A stretch of DNA of 64,000 nt, from contig OZ220733.1 in NCBI GenBank assembly GCA_965116875.1, positions 640,001 through 704,000 of the forward strand, read 5' to 3'. The notes beneath the pieces are model-generated. The model did no database searches, had not been told where the DNA came from, and saw only the letters and a program-made list of their open reading frames with translations. Position 1 is the stretch's first letter. Each line of letters begins with the position of its first letter. The stretch comes from Candidatus Latescibacterota bacterium (GTDB lineage Bacteria > Latescibacterota > UBA2968 > GCA-2709665). Of this stretch, positions 8,466-19,813 are shown piece by piece. The position numbers and the translations under genes are program-made.

Positions 8466-9590
8466 ATGATGTACAAACTTCGATTCTTGCGTTTTCTGAG
8501 CGCCGGGCTCTGCGCGGTCTTACTGCTGTCAACGCCGCTCGCGGGGCTCTCGTTGTTCTACACGGTCCGGAAGGGCGACTCCCTGTGGTCGATTGCCATG
8601 CGACACAATACAAGCGCCAGCGCCATCAAGCGGATCAACAAGCTCCGGACCAACAGAGTCTACCCGGGTCAGGTACTTCGTCTGACGCCACGGATTGCCA
8701 AATACAGCGCGCCGAACGGTCCATACTACTGGCAAAAGCCGAAGGCAAGCAGGCAAAGGCATCGCAACTATTCCGAAAGGGCGCGAACCTCCCCGAGGCT
8801 GGATTATCGACGCGCCCGGATCCTGTTGCGCGCCTTCGACAACGAGATTCTTGCCAAGGCGCCCGGAAAGAGAAGGAAACCACTGAAGGGATGGCGAATC
8901 GTACTCGACCCCGGGCACGGCGGGATCGATCCGGGCGCCATCGTCTCCAATATGACGGGCCAGAAAGAGCGGGTTTACGTGGTCGAAGACGAGTATGTGT
9001 ACGACATTGCATTGCGAATGTACAAGGAACTCAGGCTGCTCGGCGCGGAGGTGACTTTGACGGTGATCAGCCCCAATCACCTGATCCGGGATAACCTGCC
9101 GGCCAAAACGACGTTCGTCCACGAAAAGAACGAGGTCTACAACGATGAGCGGTACAACCGGAGGAATTCGGAAAAGGTACGGCCCAGGAGCGCCAATCTT
9201 TCACAACGGGTCCGGGTGACGAACCGCTTCGTAAAAAAAGCGCGGGGGGGCAGGAGTCTGTTTGTTTCGCTGCACGCGGATAACACCCCCGGGCGCCCGA
9301 GGGGTCCGCTGGTAATCTATCACAAACGGCGGGGCAGGATTGACAGGCGTTCCCGGTCGTTCGCCCGCGTCATGCGTTCGGCGCTTCACCAGCCGGACCT
9401 GCCCGCGCAGGAACGGGGGCGGAACCTCGCGGTATTGCGGAACAATCTGGCCCACGCCGAAATTCTCGTTGAAATTCACAACGTCCACTACCAGCACGAT
9501 GCCTATCAGATCCGGTTTCACAAGGACCGGCAACGCCACGCGAAAAAAATCGTCAACGGCATTCTTGCGTACGCGAGGACACGGCGATAA
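8466..9590 (+). CDS. LysM + N-acetylmuramoyl-L-alanine amidase (Amidase_3)
   Basis: Signal peptide, LysM (YTVRKGDSLWSIA), VLDPGHGGIDPGA, SLHAD, ILVE motifs. Confidence 0.88.
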   Translation: MMYKLRFLRFLSAGLCAVLLLSTPLAGLSLFYTVRKGDSLWSIAMRHNTSASAIKRINKLRTNRVYPGQVLRLTPRIAKYSAPNGPYYWQKPKASRQRHRNYSERARTSPRLDYRRARILLRAFDNEILAKAPGKRRKPLKGWRIVLDPGHGGIDPGAIVSNMTGQKERVYVVEDEYVYDIALRMYKELRLLGAEVTLTVISPNHLIRDNLPAKTTFVHEKNEVYNDERYNRRNSEKVRPRSANLSQRVRVTNRFVKKARGGRSLFVSLHADNTPGRPRGPLVIYHKRRGRIDRRSRSFARVMRSALHQPDLPAQERGRNLAVLRNNLAHAEILVEIHNVHYQHDAYQIRFHKDRQRHAKKIVNGILAYARTRR

Positions 9591-9681
9591 ACTCCAGGAG
9601 CCGGATCGACTTCCGGGCTTACCGCTGCTTGCTCTCACTGCCGTACATGCCAGCCGCGGCTGGAAAGCCGTGGCCTTTCAA

Positions 9682-12150
9682 CTACCGCATGAATCCCCTG
9701 ATCCGTAGCGAATTCGAGATGACCGAGACGGAACTCAGCGCCATGGCGCCGGCCGCCACCATCGGTCCGCCGAGGGGGTTGAGCAGGCCGAAAGCCGCCA
9801 CCGGAATCAGCAGGACGTTGTAGGCGAACGCCCAGAAAAGGTTCTGGCGGATCGTGCGCATCGTCCGCCCGGAAAGGCGAATCGCCGTCTCGATTCCGGT
9901 AAGGCTGCCGGACATCAGGGTGATGTCCGCGCTTTCCATCGCAACGGCCGTCCCGGTGCCGATGGCAATGCCAACGTCGGCGGTCGCCAGCGCCGGCGCG
10001 TCGTTGACGCCGTCTCCAACCATGGCCACGCAGTGCCGCCCGTCCTGCAATTCCGCGATTCGGGCGGCTTTCTCATTGGGCATGACCCCGGCGATCACCC
10101 GGGGGATGTCGGCCTGTTCCGCGACGGCGACCGCGGTTCTCGCGTTGTCTCCCGTCAGGAGGATAACGGTCAGGTCCAATGACTTGAGATCTGCGACCGC
10201 GCGGACCGCATCCGGCCTCAGTACGTCAGCCACGCCGATGAGGCCTTCCAGCCGGTCGTCGACGGCGACGAAAAGGACGGTCTTACCGCCGGCTTCCAGA
10301 CGAACCGCCCTCTCATCCAGGTCGCCAGGCATGACAGCCTGGCTTTCCACCAACCGCCGGTTGCCCAGCAGAACCGTGCGGCCGGCCTTTTTTGCGCGTA
10401 CTCCCTGCCCGGGCAGTGCTTCGAATTCCAGGGGTTCTTCAACGGGCAGTTTCCGTTCCCGCGCCGCGTTCCGGATGGCTTCTCCGAGGGGGTGCTCGGA
10501 GCCCTGTTCGACAAACGCGGCCAACTCGAGCAGATCCAGTTCCGAGCATGTACCTGTCGTGACGAGATCCGTAACCGCGGGTCTTCCCGTTGTGAGGGTG
10601 CCGGTCTTGTCCAGGACGATCGTGTCGAGGCGATGGGCGGATTCCAGGACCGAACCACCCTTGATGAGGACACCCAGTTCCGCCGCCCGACCCGTGCCGA
10701 CCAGGATGGCCGTGGGCGTGGCCAGGCCCAGCGCGCACGGACAGGCGATAATGAGGACGGCAACGGCGTTCAGCAGCGCGTGGGAGGCGGCGGATCCGGA
10801 ACCGGCGAACCACCACAGGGCGAACGTGAGCAGGGCGATGCCGAAAACGACCGGCACAAAGACCCCGGCAACCCGGTCTGCGATCCGCTGAACGGGCGCG
10901 CGCGAGCCCTGGGCACGACGAACCATCCGAACGATCCGGGCGTGCACCGTTTCGGCGCCGACCTGCGTGGCGCGGAAGGTGAAACTCCCGGTCTTGTTGA
11001 GCGTTGCCCCCAGTACCCGGCTCCGGCTGGCTTTTTCAACGGGCATGCTCTCTCCCGTAATCACGGATTCGTCCACGCTCGACTGCCCCTCCTGCACGAC
11101 GCCGTCCACGGGGATTCTGTCGCCCGGCCGAATACGAATGAGGTCGCCCACGGCGACGTCCTCTACAGGAACCAGCGTTTCCTCGCCGTTTCCAAGGACA
11201 CACGCCGTCTCGGGACGGAGATCCATCAACGCACGGATGGCGCCGGCGGCACGGCCGCGGGACCGGAGCTCCAGCAGCCGGCCCAGGAGGATGAGGGTGA
11301 TGATCATAGCGGACGTGTCAAAGTAGACACTGACGGGCTCGCCGGGCACGGTAACCGACCGGGGGGAAAAAACACCCGCGACGCTGTAGCCGTAGGCCGC
11401 CAGCGTCCCGACGGCAATCAGGCTGTTCATGTCGGCGGTCCTGTGCCGCAGGCCGATCCAGAACCCTCTCAAAAAGCGCCAGCCGCACCAGAATTGCACG
11501 GGAGTTGCCAGGAGGAAGAGCAGAAGGTGGACCCGCGGGATCGGGTACGGCGCTCCCAGCGGCTCGTGCAGCATACCCGCGCCCATGATCAACGTTGAAA
11601 GCACCGCGGCAACGATGAATCGCAGTCGAACCGAGCGACGCTCCGATCGTTCTTCCCTCCGTTCTCCTTCGTCCACGGCCGCGTCCTGCTTCACGACCGT
11701 TGCGCCGTACCCTGCATGGATTACCGCGCGCGTCAGAGTGGAATCGGGGACTGCGAAATGGCGCACCGTGGCGTGACGGGCCGCGAAGTTGACCTCGCTG
11801 TCCACGACGCCGGGAACCCCTGTTAACGCGTTCTCAATTGCCGACACGCAAGCGGCGCAGTTCATGTCGCCCAGGGCAAGTCTTGTCTCTTCGGTGCGTA
11901 TCCCGTACCCAAGACTTTCGATTTCACGAATCACCCGCTTCGTGCCGGACACGCCGTCACTGAGTTGCACGGTGGCATCTTCCGTGGCGAAGTTGACGGA
12001 CGCTTCGCCTACACCCGGGGTTGTTCGCAATCCCTCCTGAATGCGGGCGGCGCAGGCAGCGCAGCTCATCCCGGTAACGGGTACGGTCAGGCTGATGGCT
12101 CCGCTCGACTCCGGTTTTCGGGACATGGGTTTCGTTCCGCTTCCTTCCAC
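9682..12150 (-). CDS. copA: Copper-translocating P1B-type ATPase
   Basis: Two HMA CxxC domains (GMSCAAC, DMNCAAC), [34 protein letters not shown] and MALSS motifs. Confidence 0.95.
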   Translation of the reverse strand: MEGSGTKPMSRKPESSGAISLTVPVTGMSCAACAARIQEGLRTTPGVGEASVNFATEDATVQLSDGVSGTKRVIREIESLGYGIRTEETRLALGDMNCAACVSAIENALTGVPGVVDSEVNFAARHATVRHFAVPDSTLTRAVIHAGYGATVVKQDAAVDEGERREERSERRSVRLRFIVAAVLSTLIMGAGMLHEPLGAPYPIPRVHLLLFLLATPVQFWCGWRFLRGFWIGLRHRTADMNSLIAVGTLAAYGYSVAGVFSPRSVTVPGEPVSVYFDTSAMIITLILLGRLLELRSRGRAAGAIRALMDLRPETACVLGNGEETLVPVEDVAVGDLIRIRPGDRIPVDGVVQEGQSSVDESVITGESMPVEKASRSRVLGATLNKTGSFTFRATQVGAETVHARIVRMVRRAQGSRAPVQRIADRVAGVFVPVVFGIALLTFALWWFAGSGSAASHALLNAVAVLIIACPCALGLATPTAILVGTGRAAELGVLIKGGSVLESAHRLDTIVLDKTGTLTTGRPAVTDLVTTGTCSELDLLELAAFVEQGSEHPLGEAIRNAARERKLPVEEPLEFEALPGQGVRAKKAGRTVLLGNRRLVESQAVMPGDLDERAVRLEAGGKTVLFVAVDDRLEGLIGVADVLRPDAVRAVADLKSLDLTVILLTGDNARTAVAVAEQADIPRVIAGVMPNEKAARIAELQDGRHCVAMVGDGVNDAPALATADVGIAIGTGTAVAMESADITLMSGSLTGIETAIRLSGRTMRTIRQNLFWAFAYNVLLIPVAAFGLLNPLGGPMVAAGAMALSSVSVISNSLRIRGFMR

Positions 12151-12205
12151 GTAGCCGCAACTCGACTGACAAGGTTCAGATCATCATCCAGAGAGTACGT
12201 GAAAC

Positions 12206-13207
12206 TCAGAAATGCTCGAAGCCGCGCGCAGCCAGCTCCGACCTCTCGCCCCACGCATTCTCGATAAAGACGCGCTCGTCACCCGTTACGATCCGCCCGA
12301 TGCAGGAAATACCCGACCGGGCGGCGAGCGATTCTACGTTTTCTCTTCTCCCGTGCGCCACCGTAAACAGCAATTCATAGTCCTCACCGCCCGATATTTC
12401 CAGGTTTCCGGCGCAGGCATCCAAATGCTCGCTAAATCGTCTGAACGCAGGTGAAACGGGTATTGTCGTCCCGTCGATCACCGCGGAAACCCCGCTTTGC
12501 CTGCAGATATGCCGCAGGTCCGAAGCCAACCCATCCGAGAGATCCAACATCGCCGTAACGGCGCCGGTTGCCGCCAACCCTCGCCCCAACGCCACCCTGG
12601 GCTCCGGCCGGTGGTGCCTGCAAAGCAGAAACTCGCGGTCCTCTTCAGAAAGCGCGACGGCTTCGCCCAGCGCCAGCTTCAAGCCTGCCGCGGAATCCCC
12701 GAGCGTGCCCGACACGTAGATCAGATCGCCGGGGATTGCGCCGGAACGGTAGCACACCCGCTTCCGATCCATTTCGCCCGTGAGCGTCAGATTCATGACC
12801 AGCGGCCCGGGACTTCGCGTTGTGTCGCCTCCAACGACGTTTACGCCAAAACCGGACGCCAGGTCACGCAATCCTCGATAGACGCGCTCCATAAACCCAA
12901 CGTCCAGATCCGATGGAATCGCCAACGAAACCACTGCCTCGCGAGGCTCCCCGCCCATCGCCGCGATGTCCGAAAGGTTCACTGCAAGCAGCTTGTGACC
13001 CAACCAACATGGATCGGAACCCTCGACTGCGAAATGCACGCCTTCCACCATCAAGTCCGACGTGATAAGCCGCACACGGTCGTTTTCGCTCGCCAATACG
13101 GCGCAATCATCCCCGATCCCGCAACACACGTCGACGGCCCGGGGCAATCCGGCCGCCCCAATCCGCTCGATAAAGCCGAATTCTCCTATCTCCCGGAACG
13201 TCGCCAC
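12206..13207 (-). CDS. thiL: Thiamine-monophosphate kinase
   Basis: GEFGFI, GIGDDCAV, EGVHF, AVNLSDIAAMGG, GGDTT, DLSDGL, GGEDYELLFT; start at GTG 13207 is inferred. Confidence 0.93.
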   Translation of the reverse strand: MATFREIGEFGFIERIGAAGLPRAVDVCCGIGDDCAVLASENDRVRLITSDLMVEGVHFAVEGSDPCWLGHKLLAVNLSDIAAMGGEPREAVVSLAIPSDLDVGFMERVYRGLRDLASGFGVNVVGGDTTRSPGPLVMNLTLTGEMDRKRVCYRSGAIPGDLIYVSGTLGDSAAGLKLALGEAVALSEEDREFLLCRHHRPEPRVALGRGLAATGAVTAMLDLSDGLASDLRHICRQSGVSAVIDGTTIPVSPAFRRFSEHLDACAGNLEISGGEDYELLFTVAHGRRENVESLAARSGISCIGRIVTGDERVFIENAWGERSELAARGFEHF

Positions 13208-13446
13208 GGGGTTCTCCACCGTAGGAAGTTGTTTTAAAATTCCCGGTGAGTCCAGAGCGCGAGCGAAAATGGGTCGGTCAAGGCGGGCAAAGGCACCCAT
13301 ATTTGGGTATACGGGTGCTTTTGACCAACGCAGACAGACGCTCTTGCAGCCGCGCGAAGACCACTGGGGGTTTTAAGACGGCTTCTAAAAGGCAGTCCGC
13401 TCGAGTTGCCGGCAGGGGCCAGGAATGGCTCGAATTCCGTCGAACG

Positions 13447-14214
13447 CTACGCCGGCCGTTCACGCCGCCGCTGCCAGGCGACGACCTCCGCATAGGGCAC
13501 GTCGCCGCCGAATATATCCAGCGCGCTGCCGATCGTCAGTCCCACGCGCCCCTTCCCCAGTTCCTCCACGCGATCCAGATCTTCAAGGCTCTGCGCACCG
13601 CCGGCGTACGTCACGTCAATCGGCGACTCGGCGCCCAGCAGTTCCACCAGGGAGTCCTCGATCCCCTGCCGTTTGCCCTCTGCGTCCACCCCGTGTACGA
13701 GGAACCCGTCGCAGAACTCCGAAAGACGGTTCAACGTGGCTCCGTCCACCCGGACGCGGGTGAAACGCTGCCACAAATCGGTCACGACCAGATACGCGCG
13801 GCCTCGACGCCGGCAGCTCAGGTCCAGCACCAGCCGGTTCCGACCGACAGCGCGTACCATCCTGTCCAGCCGATCGGTGTCTACGCGCCCGTCCCGAAAC
13901 ACGTACGAGGTGACGATGACGTGGCTGGCGCCGGCATCCAGATATCGTCGCGCGTTTTCCGGACGGATGCCCCCGCCTACCTGAAGCCCGCCGGGAAAGG
14001 CGGATAACGCGGACAGCGCGGCCGACTCATTGCCCGGTCCCAGCATGACAACGTGTCCTCCCGGCAGATTGTCCGCTCTGTAAATCTTCGCGTAATCGGC
14101 CGCGGACCGGCCTGTCTCGAAGTTCGTCGCCGGTTCGGCGCCACCGCGCAACGATCCGCCCACGATTTGTACCACGCGCCCGCCGCGCAGATCGATACAG
14201 GGCCTGAAATTCAC
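13447..14214 (-). CDS. hisA: ProFAR isomerase, eukaryotic (HIS6)-type
   Basis: FRPCIDL..GRVVQIVGG, GHVVMLG, LQVGGGI, HVIVTSYVF, LVLDLSCR, TYAGG, LTIGSALDIFGG. Confidence 0.9.
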   Translation of the reverse strand: MNFRPCIDLRGGRVVQIVGGSLRGGAEPATNFETGRSAADYAKIYRADNLPGGHVVMLGPGNESAALSALSAFPGGLQVGGGIRPENARRYLDAGASHVIVTSYVFRDGRVDTDRLDRMVRAVGRNRLVLDLSCRRRGRAYLVVTDLWQRFTRVRVDGATLNRLSEFCDGFLVHGVDAEGKRQGIEDSLVELLGAESPIDVTYAGGAQSLEDLDRVEELGKGRVGLTIGSALDIFGGDVPYAEVVAWQRRRERPA

Positions 14215-14394
14215 AGAAGCTCCAGGTGTCCGGGAGAGAGTCAGGACGTTTCGCCACGCCAGGCACGGCGCTGCAACCACTCATTTCACAGACGTAGTCA
14301 CGCCGAATCCGATAATTTCGGCCGGCAAACGAACGCCACAATATAACGTACTATAACCACCACTTCAACCCCGGCCCCTCCGAGACATGTACAA

Positions 14395-14422
14395 GAAAAC
14401 GCCGGAGGGTCGCGCCTCCGGC
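14395..14422 (-). terminator. Intrinsic terminator downstream of RND gene
   Basis: GCCGGAGG-loop-CCTCCGGC followed by GTTTTC on the minus strand. Confidence 0.55.
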
Positions 14423-14483
14423 CTGGTGTTCTGATAATCAGGCGCCGGCCCCGGATGAAAACCTGGCCGGTGCGCCCGTTCGA

Positions 14484-17400
14484 TCAGTCGTCCGCCGTCT
14501 GTTCGCCGATGGCGGGGCGAAAGAACGCGGCTCGAACGACTCCTTTCAGAAACGTCCGCAGGTCGTCCAGCAGCGTATAGCAGATGGGCACGAGCAGCAG
14601 GGTCATAAACGTCGAAACGAACAACCCGCCCATCATTGTCCGTCCCAGCGGCGCATAGGGAATCCCAATGAGATTGCTGTTGCCCAATGCCATGGGCAAC
14701 AGGCCGAACACGGTGGTGAACGTCGTCATCAGAATGGGGCGAAACCGGTTGTGTCCGGCTTCCAGAATCGCCTCTGTGCGGCTCATGCCCTCCAGACGCA
14801 TCCGGTTGATCATATCCACGAGCACGATGGCGTTGTTGACGACGACGCCGATCAGTACGATCATGCCGATGCTGGCCATCATGTCCATCGGCGTACCGGT
14901 CAGATAGAGCGTCCAGTACACCCCCAGAAATGAAAACGGAATGGAAAACAACACCGAGAACGGCAGGACAACGGACTCGAACAACACCCCCATCAGAAGA
15001 AAGACGCAGGTAACGGCCATCACCACCGCGAATATCGTCTCGTTGTCGGACTCGCGGAACCGGGCGAACCGTTCTCCCTTGTTCCACGAATACCCCCTCG
15101 GCATTTCGAAACCGGTCATCGCCCGGTCGATTTCGGCGTAGAGGCTCTTGAGATCGTCCTTTGTCGTAAACGCTTTCACCTCCAGACGCGTCTTTCCGTC
15201 TTCCCGGCGTATTCTCCCCCGCCCCGGTGTTACCTTGAAGCTGGCCAGTTCGGAAAGCGGGATCTCCTCGCCCGATGCGGACCTGAACATGAAACTCTTG
15301 AGGTGATGCAGTGTTTGCCGGTCCGCCTCTTCCAGGTACAGTCGCGTAGGCACCTCCCGCTCGCCGGACTGGAAGCGGGGCAGGCTTACGCCCTGCATGG
15401 TGAAGGCCAGCGTCCTGGCCACCACCTGCGGGGAAATCCCGTAGCGCCTTGCCCGCTCGCGGTCGATGTGGACCTGCGCCTCGTCGGTGGATCGCTCCAG
15501 GTCCGAGTCCACGTTCACGACCGAGGGTATCGCCCGGAGCCGGCGCTCGACTTCGGTTACGAGACCCGCCAGCGCCTCGGTGTCGTCGCCGTAGAGATAG
15601 ACGGAAACCGAAGGTTCGCCGCCCCCCCGGGCCCGGCTCTCCACGCCAATGCGCACCCCCACGTATTTCGGCATGTTCTCTTTCAGGTCCTTGATGACCT
15701 CCGTACGTTCCATCGTATTGTCCACCGGAGCGCCCAGACCGGATCTCAGATTCTTGTACGCGACGTACCACCACGCCTCGTTGGGGTCCGAATCCAGATA
15801 GATCCGGAAGTTCCCGCGGGTCTTGCGGAACCAGGACCGGATGGTTCGGATGCCGTACGCCTCCCGCTTGGAATCCAGGAATTCCTCCACTTCGTTCATC
15901 AATTCAAAGGTTTCATATGTTGTGAAATCCCGGGGCGTTCGAATATTGATGCCAATATCGTTGATGTTTCCCCGGGAGGCATCCGAACGTTTCATCTTGC
16001 CGGCCGGAACCGAAATGGTTGCAAATACGGCGAGGAGGATCAATATGGCGTCCCGGCGGTGGCTCAACGCCCATTTCAGTACGCGGCCGTATCGCATCCG
16101 TGCCCAGCCGATGGACTTCGAGTCCGGCTTGACGCGGCCGCCCCCGAACCGCACCGAAGCCAGCGGGATGATCAACAGCGCGACGAACAACGACCCCACC
16201 AGCATCACGATGACAGGGACGCCCATCCGGGAAAGATAGAACGTCATCCCCACGTTACCGGTCATCAACATCAGAGGCAGAAAAACCACGACGGTGGTCA
16301 GCGTTGCCATGGTAATCGCCATTGCGACTTCGCTGGCGCCCGAGACCGCCGCGGGCTTCGGCGATTCGCCCTTCTCCCTGCGGCGATAGATGTTCTCCAG
16401 AATCACGACCGCGTTGTCCACAACCATCCCCACGCCTACCATCAGACCCATCATGGTCATGAGATTCAGGGACCACCCGGAAAAATAAAGCACCGTTACC
16501 GTCATCATCGCGCACAGCGGAATCGACAGTGTAATGATGGCCGTCATTCGGATGACTCGCAGGAAGAACAGCAGGATCAGCGCGGCAAACAACCCGCCCC
16601 AGAGGCCGGTATTCCTCAGAGTCGCAACCGACCCCCTGATGAGTTCGCCCTGGTTGAAGAACACGTTGAATTGCACTTTTCCAGCCAGGGCAGGCCCGTT
16701 CTCGATCCGGATGAGCGCCTCCGAAACACGGTCGCATACCGTTGCAATGTCCGCTCCCGACTCGGCCTTGATCCCCACGGAAGAAGCCGGCTGACCGTCG
16801 ATACTCTGATACCAGCTCCGGGCCGGAATATCGTAGACCACGTCGGCGACTTCGCGCAGCTTGATGCCGCCCTGCCGGGACCCGACGGGAATATCGCCAA
16901 TCTCCTCGAGACTTCGGTAACGGGCGAGCGAGCGGACGTAGAATTTCTTCGTCCCCTCGTTCACGTACCCGCTCTTGAGCGCGAAATTGTCGCTTTGCAG
17001 CCTTCGGACCATGTCGTAGACGTTCACGCCCCTCGCGACCAGTTTGTCACGGTCGATTTCGATCATCACCTCTTTGGGGTCCGCACCCCAGAGTTCCACC
17101 CGGGCCACGCCTTCGATGCGCTCCAGAGGTCGTTGAACATGGGTCTCCAGGTAACGGTACACGTCTACGATCGAGGAGTCGAGGGCCGCGCCGATCCACA
17201 TGATATTCCAGCCCTCGTCATTGTACTTCCACACGAAAATCCGATCTCGCACTTCCTCCGGAAGGTCCGGTTTCAGCCGGTCCAACTGATCCCGCAACTG
17301 GTTGTACGCCAGGGTCATGTCGGCATCCTGCTGAAAACGGAGAGGCGCGCCGACGCCCCGGCTGTCCGTGTACGTCCGGACCCTTTCGATTCCCTTTATC

Positions 17401-17642
17401 GTCCGCAGCCGCTCCTCCAGTGGGCGCGTTATCTGCTGTTCGACCTCCTGAGGCGTGGCGGTCGAACCGGGATACCTGACGCTCAACCACAGAAACGGCG
17501 GCTCGAATCCCGCCGGCATCATTTTCACCGCGATCCGGGAATAGCCCACGGCGCCCATCACGAGCAGCGCCAGCAGGCACACCGTTATTGTCACGGGTCG
17601 ATTGACGGAAATACGCGTAAGAAGGGAAGATCGACTGTTCAT
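14484..17642 (-). CDS. RND efflux transporter permease (AcrB/AcrD/AcrF family)
   Basis: 1052 aa; RPV start motif, GMVVDNAVVILENIYR, GVVVNNAIVLVD, RFRPILMTTFTTVFGLLPMALG. Confidence 0.93.
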   Translation of the reverse strand: MNSRSSLLTRISVNRPVTITVCLLALLVMGAVGYSRIAVKMMPAGFEPPFLWLSVRYPGSTATPQEVEQQITRPLEERLRTIKGIERVRTYTDSRGVGAPLRFQQDADMTLAYNQLRDQLDRLKPDLPEEVRDRIFVWKYNDEGWNIMWIGAALDSSIVDVYRYLETHVQRPLERIEGVARVELWGADPKEVMIEIDRDKLVARGVNVYDMVRRLQSDNFALKSGYVNEGTKKFYVRSLARYRSLEEIGDIPVGSRQGGIKLREVADVVYDIPARSWYQSIDGQPASSVGIKAESGADIATVCDRVSEALIRIENGPALAGKVQFNVFFNQGELIRGSVATLRNTGLWGGLFAALILLFFLRVIRMTAIITLSIPLCAMMTVTVLYFSGWSLNLMTMMGLMVGVGMVVDNAVVILENIYRRREKGESPKPAAVSGASEVAMAITMATLTTVVVFLPLMLMTGNVGMTFYLSRMGVPVIVMLVGSLFVALLIIPLASVRFGGGRVKPDSKSIGWARMRYGRVLKWALSHRRDAILILLAVFATISVPAGKMKRSDASRGNINDIGINIRTPRDFTTYETFELMNEVEEFLDSKREAYGIRTIRSWFRKTRGNFRIYLDSDPNEAWWYVAYKNLRSGLGAPVDNTMERTEVIKDLKENMPKYVGVRIGVESRARGGGEPSVSVYLYGDDTEALAGLVTEVERRLRAIPSVVNVDSDLERSTDEAQVHIDRERARRYGISPQVVARTLAFTMQGVSLPRFQSGEREVPTRLYLEEADRQTLHHLKSFMFRSASGEEIPLSELASFKVTPGRGRIRREDGKTRLEVKAFTTKDDLKSLYAEIDRAMTGFEMPRGYSWNKGERFARFRESDNETIFAVVMAVTCVFLLMGVLFESVVLPFSVLFSIPFSFLGVYWTLYLTGTPMDMMASIGMIVLIGVVVNNAIVLVDMINRMRLEGMSRTEAILEAGHNRFRPILMTTFTTVFGLLPMALGNSNLIGIPYAPLGRTMMGGLFVSTFMTLLLVPICYTLLDDLRTFLKGVVRAAFFRPAIGEQTADD

Positions 17643-17847
17643 AGCGACGATGATCCGTTTGGCACAGGCATTCTCCTCATCCGCCTACGGTACGGAAATA
17701 ATTCTCACCCCGTATCGTAAGACGCATGAACCCTCGATATGATTCATTTTTGAGGTGAATGGCGCCGCATGTCCGAGGGACGCTGAGCGCGGCCGCCGCA
17801 GCCTGTCCCCCAGGAAGCGCGGGATGACGGGACGCTTGCGCAGAGGA

Positions 17848-18198
17848 CTACGGGCAAGACCTGTCCACGATGCGCCGCAGGGCTTTCTTTCGCGCGTGGC
17901 GGCGTTTCTGTTCCATGCGCTTTTCTCTGGACGCACGTGAGGGTCTGGTTGGAATCCGGGGTCTGGCCGTGTGGTTCAGGCCGATGAGCTTTCGCCGGAG
18001 ACGCTGGAGGGCAAGGTCCCTGTTCCGTCCCTGCAAACGATGTTCGGACGCAACGACCCTGATGCCGGAGGGAAGGTGAACAAGTCTGACCGCGCTTTCA
18101 ACCTTGTTACGGTTCTGGCCGCCCGGTCCGCCGCCGCGAAAGGGCTGGAATTGCACTTCCTTGAGGAGGATTTCAGGATCGGTGTTATAGCGTGGCAT
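17848..18198 (-). CDS. Peptidyl-tRNA hydrolase / release-factor-like (ArfB/YaeJ type)
   Basis: GGGPGGQNRNKVESAVRLVHLPSGI and basic C-terminal tail (PRIPTRPSRASREKRMEQKRRH); start set at MPRY. Confidence 0.85.
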   Translation of the reverse strand: MPRYNTDPEILLKEVQFQPFRGGGPGGQNRNKVESAVRLVHLPSGIRVVASEHRLQGRNRDLALQRLRRKLIGLNHTARPRIPTRPSRASREKRMEQKRRHARKKALRRIVDRSCP

Positions 18199-18265
18199 GT
18201 CGGGATCCCCGGCCGTTCTCCGCGGCCCCGGTCTCGTCGGACCGGATCGGATGCGGGATCCTGTT

Positions 18266-19492
18266 CTAAACCAATCCGGCGCGGCGGAGGGCGTCGGCCA
18301 TAACGCTTTCAGATTTGTTGTCTGACGAGTTTTCCTTGATCTTGAATGCTTCGATTTCCCTGACTTCACCCGCCTTCTTATCTTCTTCCTGAAGGTCGCG
18401 CATGGAAAGGGAGATGCGTTTCCTGTCCCGGTCGATCTTCCGGATCCGGGCACGAACTTCCTGACCGACCGATACCACGTCTGCCGGCCGCGCGACACGG
18501 CTGCGTGCGAGCTGGGACACGTGGACCAGGCCCTCCACACCCGGAGCGACTTCGACGAAGGCGCCGAACTGCTGGATCGAAACGACTTTGCCGGTGATGT
18601 CCTCTCCCTCCCGATATTTCTCCAACGCGCCGTCCCAGGGGTCGGGCAGGAGCGCCTTTATGGAGAGAGAGATGCGCTCTTTGTCTCCGCCGAGGCCCTT
18701 GAGTTCGAGGATCTTCACGCTGACTTCATCTCCGGACCGGAGCACGTCCTTCGGATGCCCGACGCGACTGTGGGCAATTTCCGATATGTGCACCAGACCC
18801 TCCACGCCGCCAAGGTCGACAAAAGCGCCGAACCGTTCAAGCCTGGTAATCTTGCCGGTGACTTCGGCGCCCTCGTTGAGTTTCTCCCGCAACTCGTCCG
18901 CGCGACGGGCGGCCTCGGCCTCGAGATGGGCGCGGCGTGAAAGAACGATGTTGCGGCCCCGCCCCCGGAATTCGACAATTTTGAACGTAAGCGTCTGCCC
19001 CGCGTAGGAGGCCAGGTCTTTGCTGTAACCCGTATCGATCTGGGAAACCGGACAGAAAGCCCGCCGGCCGCCGAGATTGACGACCAGACCGCCGGAATTG
19101 AATCCGGTTACCCGTCCGTCTACCGGTATGCTGTTTTCGTAGGCCTGGCGCAGAATCTGGACATTGCCGGTCCGCCGGGACAGGGTCAATCGAACTTCAT
19201 TCTCCACAGAGGCGACAAATGCTTCGATGGTATCCCCGACACTGCAGGAGACCTCACCCTGCTCGTCCTTCAGTTCCTGCAGGTCGACGACGGCCTCACT
19301 CCGGCCTCCATAGTCCACAAACACCGAGGATTCATCGATGGATTGAATGCGCCCCGAAAGCCGCTGTCCCACGGAAAGTAACGGTGCGGGCGCCTGATCA
19401 GGTTCACTTTCGAGCAAGGCTGCGAATTTGTCGCTGGAACGGTCTTCGACGTATTTCTCGTCCATATCATGCACGTCTTGTGGTTCGTTCAT
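18266..19492 (-). CDS. Ribosomal protein S1-like protein (four S1 domains)
   Basis: Repeats such as FGAFVDLGGVEGLVHISEI and FGAFVEVAPGVEGLVHVSQL; shorter than six-domain RpsA. Confidence 0.85.
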   Translation of the reverse strand: MNEPQDVHDMDEKYVEDRSSDKFAALLESEPDQAPAPLLSVGQRLSGRIQSIDESSVFVDYGGRSEAVVDLQELKDEQGEVSCSVGDTIEAFVASVENEVRLTLSRRTGNVQILRQAYENSIPVDGRVTGFNSGGLVVNLGGRRAFCPVSQIDTGYSKDLASYAGQTLTFKIVEFRGRGRNIVLSRRAHLEAEAARRADELREKLNEGAEVTGKITRLERFGAFVDLGGVEGLVHISEIAHSRVGHPKDVLRSGDEVSVKILELKGLGGDKERISLSIKALLPDPWDGALEKYREGEDITGKVVSIQQFGAFVEVAPGVEGLVHVSQLARSRVARPADVVSVGQEVRARIRKIDRDRKRISLSMRDLQEEDKKAGEVREIEAFKIKENSSDNKSESVMADALRRAGLV

Positions 19493-19813
19493 GCGGCTTC
19501 TCTCATGCTCCTTTTCCGGCGATATTCGGTCATTTCCCCGCGCGCTCGCCCGGCGTGGGAATTTCAGGCCTTCTCCCTTCCGGAGACCCCTGGACCAAGG
19601 CACATAAAGGTATGGGAAAAATTGAAAGATGCAAGGTTTTTTTGGGGTTTTCGCGCCGGCCGCAATGGCGGCGCAGCCGCATGTTCACGGCAACAGCACC
19701 ATACGGTCTCGACATTTCTCGAAATCTCATCGTTGATCACGCAGGGTCGTTGTGGTATATTTCTCCCGGATCAGGAACATTGACAAAAAGAATCCACGGT
19801 CAGGATACGGAAG

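Noticed and set aside
13210-13446. TPP riboswitch upstream of thiL
   Set aside because: Hairpins exist but the CTGAGA and other TPP core motifs are absent on the coding strand.
15303-17720. 805-aa plus-strand ORF and other long antisense ORFs (e.g. 55756-57180, 60380-61816, 62826-63908)
   Set aside because: Shadow frames opposite well-supported genes, expected in high-GC DNA; no recognisable motifs.
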